Assembly (NCBI GenBank): GCA_963747235.1
Contig: CAVVEU010000029.1
Span: 96,001-160,000, forward strand
Length of the DNA stretch: 64,000 nucleotides
Reading direction: 5' to 3'
Source of the DNA: an uncultured Candidatus Rokubacteria bacterium
GTDB lineage: Bacteria; Methylomirabilota; Methylomirabilia; Rokubacteriales; CSP1-6
Each line of letters starts with the position of its first letter. Within the stretch, counting starts at the first letter, position 1. Of this stretch, positions 43,382-51,103 are shown in pieces. The translations under genes and the position numbers were made by a program. The notes beneath the pieces were generated by a model. That model saw only the letters and a list, made by a program, of their open reading frames with translations, had not been told where the DNA came from and searched no databases.

Positions 43382-45029
43382 ATGGCCACGATCACGGGAT
43401 CGGAAGTGCTGGCGCAGGCGCTCAGGTCGCAGGGCGTGGACACGATGTTCTATCTCATGGGCGGCCCCATGCTCGAGACCGAGGCGGCCTGCATCAAGCT
43501 CGGCATCCGCGCCATCGACACGCGCCACGAGCAGGCCGCGGCCCTGGCCGCGCATGCCTGGACGCGCGTGACGCGGCGCCCCGGCGTGGCCATGGGCTGC
43601 TCGGGCCCCGGCGCCATCAACCTGGCCACCGGCGTGGCGAACGCCTTCACCGACTGCGCCCCGCTGATCGCCATCGGCGGGTCGAGCCCGCGCGTGTTCC
43701 TCGGCATGGAGGCCTTCCAGGAGATCGACCAGGTCGCCCTGATGAAGCCCATCACCAAGTGGACGGAGCGCATCTACGACGCCAAGCGCATCCCCGACGT
43801 GGTGGACACCGCGTTCCGCCAGGCGACCACCGGCCGGCCCGGCCCCGTGTACATCGACATGCCGGGCGACATCCTGGGCGAGAAGATCGAGGAGGACCAG
43901 CTCCACTACCCCGGTCCGTGGAAGCCGGCGCCGCGCAGCCTGGGCGATCCGAACGCGGTGCGCGAGGCCATCGCGCTGCTCGCGCAAGGCCGAGCGCCCG
44001 GTGGTCATCGCGGGCAGCGGCGTGTGGTGGTCCGACGGCGCCGCCCAGCTCCAGGCCTTCGTGGAGGCCACCGGCATCCCGTTCTACACCACGCCGATCT
44101 CCCGCGGCCTCATCCCGGAGGATCACGAGCTCGCGTTCCTGAACGCGCGCAGCACGGCCTTCACCGAGGCCGACGTGGTGCTGGTGGTCGGCACGCGGTT
44201 CAACTGGGTGATCCAGTTCGGCCGCCCGCCGCGCTTCGCCGCCGATCTCAAGGTGATCCACGTGGACATCAACCCGACCCAGCTCGGCCACAACCGTGAA
44301 GTGGATGTTCCCATCGTCGGCGACGCGCGCGCGGTGCTGGAGCAGCTCCGCGCGGAGGCCGAGGGCAAGATCACGCCCAAGCGCTACGCGGCCTGGACCG
44401 GCAAGCTGCGCACGCTCGACGCCGAGAAGGGCGCCGAGCAGGACAAGGCCATGAGCCGCGAGGAGACGCCGATCCACCCGCTGCGGCTCTGCAAGGAGAT
44501 CCGCGACTTCATGCGGCGCGACGGCATCCTGGTGGTGGACGGCCAGGAGATCCTGAACTTCGGCCGCCAGGCCATCCCGACCTACGTCGCCGGCCACCGG
44601 CTGAACTCGGGCGCGTTCGGCACGATGGGCGTTGGCCTGCCCTTCGGCGTGGGCGCGAAGGTCGCCAAGCCCGACGCGCAGGTGCTGGTGCTGCACGGCG
44701 ACGGCTCCTACGGCATCAACGCGATGGAGATCGACACCGCGGTGCGACACAAGATCCCGGTGGTCGTCGTCATCAGCAACAACGGCGGCTGGACCGCGGA
44801 CGCGCCGTGGACGCGCCCTCTGCCCAAGCCCGGGCGCAACCTCGGCCACACCCGCTACGACCGCGTGGCGCAGGAGCTGGGCGCGCACGGTGAGTACGTG
44901 GAGAAGCCGCACGACATCCGCCCCGCGCTCGAGCGCGCGTTCGCCTCGGGCAAGCCGGCGGTGGTCAACGTCATCACCGATTCCAAGGCGCGCGCGACGA
45001 CGGTGCGGTTCTCGGCGTACACGACGTAG
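43382..45029 (+). CDS. ThDP-dependent enzyme of the oxalyl-CoA decarboxylase / 2-hydroxyacyl-CoA lyase clade (frameshift ~43985)
   Basis: RHEQAA, SGPG, AFQEIDQ, GRPGPVYIDMPGD, LNSGAFGTMGVG, GDGSYG...NNGG, TRYD. Confidence 0.85.
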
Positions 45030-45045
45030 CGGGAGACCCTCGATC

Positions 45046-46242
45046 ATGGCCCAGGCCCTCGACGGGATTCGTGTCCTCGACCTGACCCAGTACGAAGCGG
45101 GCCCGAGCTGCACCCAGATGCTGGCGTGGCTCGGGGCGGAGGTCATCAAGATCGAGCCGCCCACCGGCGAGCCCGGCCGCACCGCGCTGTCCGACAAGCG
45201 CGGCGAGGACGCGTGGTTCTTCCTGCTGCTCAACTCGTGCAAGAAGGGCGTCACGCTCAATCTGAAGTCGGAGCGCGGGCACGCCATGTTCCTCGACCTG
45301 GTGAAGACCGCCGACGTACTGGTCGAGAACATGGGGCCGGGCGCGATGGATCGGCTCGGCCTGGGCTGGGAGGCGCTGCACCAGCTCAACCCGCGGCTGA
45401 TCGCGGCCTCCGTGAAGGGCTTCGGCGGCGGCGGGCCCTACGCCGACTACAAGAGCTTCGAGTGGATCGCCCAGGCCATGGGCGGCGCCATGAGCATGAC
45501 CGGCTCGCCCGACGGCCCGCCGACCAAGGCCATCGGCGGCCTCGCCGACACCGGCGCGGGACTGCACACCGCGATCGGGATCCTGGCCGCCATCATCCAG
45601 CGCCAGGCCACCGGCGTGGGGCAGCAGGTGGAAGTCGCCCAGCAGGAGTCGGTGGTGAACCTCCTCCGCATCCATCTGCGCGAGAGCTACGCCACCGGCA
45701 AGCCGGCCCCGCGCCAGGGCAATCGTTCCGCCGCCGCCGCGCCGTCCAACATCTACCGCTGCCAGCCCGGCGGGCCCAACGACTACGTGTTCATCCACTG
45801 CGCCACCGTGGACATGTGGAAGGCGCTGACGAAGATCGTCGGCCGTCCCGAGATGGCCGACGACACGCGCTACCACGACCGGCGCGACCGCGTGCAGATC
45901 GTGGACGAGATCGACGCGATGATCGAGGCGTGGACCGAGACGCGGACGAAATTCGAGGTGATGGAGATCATGGCCGGCGCCGGCGTCCCCTGCGGCGCGG
46001 TGCTCGACTCCACCGAGATCCTGGCCGACCCGCACATGCGCAAGCGCCGCTTCATCGTGGATCTGGAGCACCCGCGGCGCGGCCCCTATCCGATGCCGGG
46101 CAACCCGGTGCGCCTCTCCGACTCCCCCACCGAGGTCGGCCGCTCGCCTCTTCTGGGCGAGCACAACGCCGACGTCTACGGCCGCCTCCTCGGCTACAAG
46201 CCCGAGGCCGTCGACCAGCTGAAGCGCGACGGCATCATCTAA
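45046..46242 (+). CDS. Family III (CaiB/BaiF) CoA transferase, formyl-CoA transferase-like
   Basis: IRVLDLTQ, GPSCTQMLAWLGAEVIKIE, ADVLVEN, LNPRLI, AQAMGG, catalytic Asp in GLADTGAG, PLLGEH. Confidence 0.9.
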   Translation: MAQALDGIRVLDLTQYEAGPSCTQMLAWLGAEVIKIEPPTGEPGRTALSDKRGEDAWFFLLLNSCKKGVTLNLKSERGHAMFLDLVKTADVLVENMGPGAMDRLGLGWEALHQLNPRLIAASVKGFGGGGPYADYKSFEWIAQAMGGAMSMTGSPDGPPTKAIGGLADTGAGLHTAIGILAAIIQRQATGVGQQVEVAQQESVVNLLRIHLRESYATGKPAPRQGNRSAAAAPSNIYRCQPGGPNDYVFIHCATVDMWKALTKIVGRPEMADDTRYHDRRDRVQIVDEIDAMIEAWTETRTKFEVMEIMAGAGVPCGAVLDSTEILADPHMRKRRFIVDLEHPRRGPYPMPGNPVRLSDSPTEVGRSPLLGEHNADVYGRLLGYKPEAVDQLKRDGII

Positions 46243-46254
46243 CCCGCACCTCCA

Positions 46255-46289
46255 CCCTCTCCCCTCAGGGGAGAGGGCAGGGTGAGGGG
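46255..46289. repeat. Palindromic extragenic repeat, copy 1
   Basis: CCCTCTCCCC-TCA-GGGGAGAGGG (46255-46277) followed by CAGGGTGAGGGG. Confidence 0.8.
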
Positions 46290-46309
46290 TGGTCTACAGG
46301 AGAACACCC

Positions 46310-47245
46310 ATGAGCGACAACCGCGCCGTCGTCGTCGACCCCGCCGCCCCCGGCCGCCTCGTCATCCGCGCCGTCCCCGACCCGGTCCCCGATCGCGGCG
46401 AGGCCATCGTTCGCGTACGCGCGATCTCCCTGAATCGCGGCGAGGTCCGCCGCTCCACCATGGCCGCCGCCGGCTGGCGCCCCGGCTGGGACCTGGCCGG
46501 CCACGTGGAGCGCGCCGCCGCCGACGGCACCGGGCCCCAGGTCGGCGCGCGCGTGGTCGGAATCCTGCCGGAAGGCGCCTGGGCCGAGCGCGTGGCCGTG
46601 CCCACGCACGCGCTGGCCGAGCTGCCCGAGAAGGTGACGTTCTCGCAGGCCGCCACCTTCCCGGTGGCCGGCCTCACCGCCCTGCACGCGCTCGGCAAGA
46701 ACGGCCCGCTTCTCGCCCGCCGCGTGCTGGTGACCGGCGCGACCGGCGGGGTCGGCGACTTCGCGGTGCAGCTCGCGCGCCTGGGCGGCGCCCACGTGAC
46801 CGCCAGCGCCCGTCGCGCCGATCAGGTTCCCGCGCTCCGCCAGCTCGGCGCGCACGAGGTGACGGTGGGCGACGAGATCCCGCCCTCGCCCAAGTACGAT
46901 CTGATCGTCGAGTCGGTGGGCGGGCGCACCCTCGGCACCGCGCTGGCGGCGCTGCAGCGCGGCGGCGTCTGCGTCACGCTGGGCGTCTCCGCCTCCGCGG
47001 ATGTCACCTTCGACGCGCGCACGTTCTTCGCCACCGGGCGCAGCACGCTCTACGGGCTCTATCTCTTCAGCGAGCTCGGCGCCGAGCCCGCGTCGATCGG
47101 CCTGCGCCGCCTCGCCGACCTGGTGGCCGCGGGCCAGCTCGCGCCGCACGTCAGCGTGGAGCGCCCGTGGAGCGAGATCGCCCAGGTGGCCGCGGATCTC
47201 ATCGCGCGGAAGTACCCGGGCAAGGCCGTGCTCACGCTCGCCTGA
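46310..47245 (+). CDS. MDR-superfamily (quinone-reductase-like) NAD(P)H oxidoreductase
   Basis: SLNRGE, GWDLAG, AATFPVAGLTA, LVTGATGGVG, GKAVL; SD AGGAG. Confidence 0.88.
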   Translation: MSDNRAVVVDPAAPGRLVIRAVPDPVPDRGEAIVRVRAISLNRGEVRRSTMAAAGWRPGWDLAGHVERAAADGTGPQVGARVVGILPEGAWAERVAVPTHALAELPEKVTFSQAATFPVAGLTALHALGKNGPLLARRVLVTGATGGVGDFAVQLARLGGAHVTASARRADQVPALRQLGAHEVTVGDEIPPSPKYDLIVESVGGRTLGTALAALQRGGVCVTLGVSASADVTFDARTFFATGRSTLYGLYLFSELGAEPASIGLRRLADLVAAGQLAPHVSVERPWSEIAQVAADLIARKYPGKAVLTLA

Positions 47246-47249
47246 TCCG

Positions 47250-48443
47250 ATGCCGCGCCTCGACCGGCTGCCGCCGCTCAACCGCAACAACCTGCTGCTG
47301 CTGCCCGTACAGGTGAACGATACCGCGCCGTTCACGCATCTGGCCCGGCCGCTGTCCGAGTCACGGCTCGCCATCGTCACCACCGCCGGCCTCCACCGCC
47401 GTGGCGACCGGCCGTTCGGGCCGGGCGAGCAAGGCTATCGCGTGATCCCCTCGGACACGCCGGCCGCCGAGATCGTCCAGAGCCACACCAGCCTCGGCTT
47501 CGATCGCGTGCCGACGATGCGCGACCTGAACATCTCGTTCCCGGCGGACCGGCTCCGCGAGCTGGTCACGCGCGGCGAGCTCGGGGCGATGGCGCCGAGC
47601 CACTACTCGTTCATGGGCGCGCTGCGGGATCTCGGGCACATCCAGGACGCGACGGGGCCCGAGGTCGGCCGCCGGCTTCGGGCCGAGGGCGTGGACGCGG
47701 TCCTGATCACGCCCACCTGACCCTTCTGCACGCACACCGGAGGTGTGCTGGCCCGCGCGCTCGAGACCACCGGCCTCGCCACCACGTCCATCAGCATGGT
47801 GCGCGAGCACACCGAGAAGGTGAAGCCCCCGCGCGCGCTCTTCGTGCCGTTCCCCTTCGGCCACGCCCTGGGCCGCCCGGACGATCCGGCCCTCCAGCAT
47901 CGCGTCCTCCGCGCCGCCCTGGATCTCCTTGGCGAGCCGGCCGGCCCGGTGCTCCGCGACTTCCCCGACGACGCGGAGCCGGGCGATCAGCCGGCCGCGC
48001 CCACCCAGGCCTCCGGGATCACGCCCGCGGCAACCATCTCGGAGGATCCCGCGCTCGAGACCGCGCGGATGCGCCAGTACCACGAGCAATGGCTGGCGCG
48101 CAGCGGCGGGCGCACCGCCTTCGGGTTGAGCGGCGTGCCCGCCACGCGCTTCCGCGGTGTGGTGCGCTTTCTCCAGGCCTTCGCGGCCGGCGAGGACGCT
48201 AATCTGGAGGAGCGCCCGACGGAGGTCCCGCTCCCGAACTTCCTCCGCTACTGCGCGGACGACTGGAAGGCGCTCTACTTCGAGGGCCGCATGGTCATGA
48301 AGCCGGGCGCGAGCGGTGACGACGTCGCGCGGTGGTTCTGGGGGGAGACGGCGGCGGCCCAGGTGCTCCGCCGCGTCGGCAAACGGCTGGAGACCTCCGA
48401 GGACCCGCGCTGGAAGGCCGCCGCCTTCGGCGTGGCGCGGTAG
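47250..48443 (+). CDS. Selenoprotein: PrdB/GrdB-like reductase B subunit with C-terminal extension, 397 aa, Sec at codon 157 (TGA 47718-47720)
   Basis: ORFs 47001-47720 and 47745-48443 are in the same frame, separated only by the TGA: ...GVDAVLITPT-U-PFCTHTGGVLARALETTGLATTSIS...KPPRALFVPFPFGHALG. The N-terminal part has RLAIVTTAG, YRVIP, DLNISFPADRLREL, HYSFMG, typical of the PrdB family. A SECIS-like hairpin follows the TGA. Confidence 0.9.
47732..47748 (+). promoter_or_regulatory. Bacterial SECIS-like stem-loop
   Basis: GCACACC-GGA-GGTGTGC: perfect 7-bp stem with a G-led apical loop, starting 11 nt after the in-frame TGA. Confidence 0.8.
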
Positions 48444-48448
48444 GGTCT

Positions 48449-48480
48449 CCTCACCTACCCTCTCCCCCGAGGGGAGAGGG
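48449..48480. repeat. Palindromic extragenic repeat, copy 2 (inverted relative to copy 1)
   Basis: CCTCACC-TA-CCCTCTCCCC-CGA-GGGGAGAGGG; lies between convergent genes. Confidence 0.8.
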
Positions 48481-48499
48481 AGAGCTTGGGCCTACCGCG

Positions 48500-50101
48500 C
48501 TACTCGCTCAACCACACCCCGTCGAGCTGGCAGTTCAGGAAGTGGCTCGGTGTGATCGTCCAGCCGCGCACCTTGGAGAGGTGCGGCACAATGCGGTTCC
48601 ACTGGAACGTCATGATGAAGTGGACCTCGTCGTCGTAGAGCCGCTTCTCGAAGGTGCGCAGGATCTTCCGGCGCTCCTCGGGGTCGATGGCGCGCGACTG
48701 TCGCGCGTAGAGATCGTCCATCACCGTGTCCTTGTGGCGGCTGAAGTTCACGGGTGAGGTCGTGAGGAACCAGTGCAGGTCCATGTCGGGCTCGACGATG
48801 GAGTTGCACGGAGCGTTGGTGGACACCTCGAAGTCGCCGCTCTTCTGCGCCTGCAGCCACGCGGCGGACTCGAGGGTCACCTGCTTGACGTTGAGACCGA
48901 CCTGGCGCCACTGGTCGATCAGCCAGATGCCCACCGGCTCGTAAGGCTGTGGGACCGCGCGGTTCGTCAGGGTGAAGGACAGGCCCTCCTGGCCGGCCTC
49001 CTTGAGCAGGCGCCGGGCCTCGGCGCGCGCGGCGTTGATGTCGGTCCCGTAGCCCGCCAACTTGGCCAGCTCGTCGGGTGGGGTGGCCCAGGGCGTGCCC
49101 GGCACCTGGATGCCGGCCACATCCTTGACCAGCGCGATGCGGGAGAGGGCCTTCGAGCCCGCGTACCGGTCCAGCGCCAGCGAGAGCGCCCGGCGCACGC
49201 GCTTGTCCTGGAACGGCTTCTTCTCCTGGTTCATCGCCACCTGGATCGAGCAGTTCCAGGGGCTCTCCTGCACGTTGATCTTGTTGCCGAGCGCCTGGAC
49301 CAGGCCATCGCGCTGCGCCGGGGTGAAGCCGCGGAACTGGATCATCGCCCGCTCACCGCGGATGGCCGCCACCTGGGCCCCCGCGTCCTGGATGAAGATG
49401 GCGCGGTAGCCGTCGAGATAGGGCTTGCCCTTGTCCCAGTAGTCGGGGTTCTTCTTGCCCACCCAGTGCGAGCCCCGCACGTATTCCACGAACTTGAAGG
49501 GCCCGGTGCCCATGATGTTCTTCTCGTACCAGTGCGGGTCCTTGGCCAGGATCTCGGCTTTGTAGATGTAGTTCCACGGGGAAGACACGTTGGCGATGAA
49601 CGAGGCCTCCGGGGCCTTCAGCCGGAACACCACCGTGTCGGGGTTCGGGGCCTCCACCGATTCCACGCCCCGGTAGGCCGCCTTGCGGCTCGACACGAGC
49701 CCCGGCCCCGGGAAGATGATCTTGTCGTAGGAGGCCTTCACGTCGGCGGAGGTCATCAGGCTGCCGTCGTGGAACTTCACGCCGCGGCGGATCTTGAACG
49801 TGTAGACGCGCTTATCCGGCGAGACCGTCCAGGACTCGGCGAGGTCGCCGATGAACTTGGTGCCGGTCCGGTCGGTGGGATCCACCCGCATCAGGGTGTT
49901 GTAGTGGGGCCCGGTCGGGTGAAGCATGGCGAACGTTTCTTCGCGATGCCCATCGAAACCGGGCGGCTCGGCCGCGACCACGAAGATCAGCTCGCCGCCG
50001 GAACGGGGTTGCTCCTGTGCAACGGCCGGCGCGGGGGCGCCGAGAGAGAGGACGAGGCCGAGGCAGCCGAGGACCGTCAGTGATCGCGAGAACCGGATCA
50101 T
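48500..50101 (-). CDS. Family 5 ABC solute-binding protein
   Basis: SD GGAGG; signal peptide; GDLAESW, KIRRGVKFHDG, MGTGPFKF, DKRVRRAL. Confidence 0.92.
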   Translation of the reverse strand: MIRFSRSLTVLGCLGLVLSLGAPAPAVAQEQPRSGGELIFVVAAEPPGFDGHREETFAMLHPTGPHYNTLMRVDPTDRTGTKFIGDLAESWTVSPDKRVYTFKIRRGVKFHDGSLMTSADVKASYDKIIFPGPGLVSSRKAAYRGVESVEAPNPDTVVFRLKAPEASFIANVSSPWNYIYKAEILAKDPHWYEKNIMGTGPFKFVEYVRGSHWVGKKNPDYWDKGKPYLDGYRAIFIQDAGAQVAAIRGERAMIQFRGFTPAQRDGLVQALGNKINVQESPWNCSIQVAMNQEKKPFQDKRVRRALSLALDRYAGSKALSRIALVKDVAGIQVPGTPWATPPDELAKLAGYGTDINAARAEARRLLKEAGQEGLSFTLTNRAVPQPYEPVGIWLIDQWRQVGLNVKQVTLESAAWLQAQKSGDFEVSTNAPCNSIVEPDMDLHWFLTTSPVNFSRHKDTVMDDLYARQSRAIDPEERRKILRTFEKRLYDDEVHFIMTFQWNRIVPHLSKVRGWTITPSHFLNCQLDGVWLSE

Positions 50102-50110
50102 GTCCACCTC

Positions 50111-50156
50111 CGATGGTGGGTTGGCGATGGTGGGTTGGCGATGGTGGGTTGGCGAT
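50111..50156. repeat. Perfect 14-bp tandem repeat x3 filling an intergenic spacer
   Basis: CGATGGTGGGTTGG at 50111, 50125 and 50139, plus a partial CGAT. Confidence 0.9.
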
Positions 50157-51101
50157 CTACCGCTTGAGGCGGGGCAGCAGGCGAGCGGCCGCTTCGTCCA
50201 CCTGGGCGAGCTGATCGCCGCCCGCGAAGCGCAGCGCCAGGTGCCGGGCGCCCGCGTCGATCCAGCGCTGGAGCCACTCCACCGCGCCCTCGATGGGGCC
50301 GGCATACGTGGCCTGGCGTGCCTTGATCGCTCGCGCGGGCGCGGCGTAATAGTGCTCGAGGAACGCGTCGAGCCGCTTCTCCGCCGCCGCCGCGCTGGGA
50401 TCGAGCGCGAGCGTGAGGTAGGCCGCGCCGGTCACCGCGTCGGGGGCGCGGCCGGCCGCGCGCGCCGCCGCCTGCACGCCGGGGAACTTCTCGGCGAAGA
50501 ACTCGACGCCGGGCCCGGTGGGAAACCACGCGTCGAAGCGCGCGGCCTCGCGGAGCGCGGTGGGCCCGTTGCCGCCGATCCAGATCGGCGGGCCGCCCGG
50601 CCGGTGCGGCTTGGGCTCCACGGTGGCGCCGTCGAGCGTGAAGTGCTTGCCCGCGAAGCTCACGTTGTCGCGCTGCCAGAGCGCGCGGCAGATCTCGATG
50701 GTCTCGAGGAAGCGGCCCACGCGGCGCTCCCACGGAACGCCCAGGTGGGTGAACTCCTTCCGGCTGGCCGGGTTGTCGCCCACGATGCCGACGCCCAGGA
50801 TCACCCGTCCCTCGGCCAGGCGATCCACGGTCGCGATCAGGTGCGCCAGCACCACCGGGCGGCGTAGCGCGGGCAGCAGCACGCCGGTGCCGATGCGCAC
50901 CCGCCGGGTCCGCGCCGCGATGGCGGCCATCAGGGTCAGCGGCTCGTGCCGCGGCTTGGCGGTGATCGAGTCGCCGATCCAGACCGAGTCGAAGCCCGCG
51001 GCCTCCGCGCGCTCGGCCATGGCCAGCAGCGGGCCCGTCTCCGGGCGGTCCGACATGATCGCCTCGCGGGTGGGAATCAGTACGCCGAATTCGACCGGCA
51101 T
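50157..51101 (-). CDS. LLM-class flavin-dependent oxidoreductase
   Basis: SD AGGAGG; GFDSVWIGDS, RVRIGTGVLL, DRLAEGRVILGVG, PKPHRPGGPPIWIGG. Confidence 0.88.
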   Translation of the reverse strand: MPVEFGVLIPTREAIMSDRPETGPLLAMAERAEAAGFDSVWIGDSITAKPRHEPLTLMAAIAARTRRVRIGTGVLLPALRRPVVLAHLIATVDRLAEGRVILGVGIVGDNPASRKEFTHLGVPWERRVGRFLETIEICRALWQRDNVSFAGKHFTLDGATVEPKPHRPGGPPIWIGGNGPTALREAARFDAWFPTGPGVEFFAEKFPGVQAAARAAGRAPDAVTGAAYLTLALDPSAAAAEKRLDAFLEHYYAAPARAIKARQATYAGPIEGAVEWLQRWIDAGARHLALRFAGGDQLAQVDEAAARLLPRLKR

Positions 51102-51103
51102 CG

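Noticed and set aside
43382-46242. Assigning gene symbols oxc/frc
   Set aside because: Family membership is clear, but the Frc GGGG loop is missing and the ThDP motif differs (GDGSYG versus GDSAFG), so the substrate is not established.
50111-50156. Possible mini CRISPR array
   Set aside because: The units are 14 bp, directly adjacent with no spacers, and there are no cas genes.
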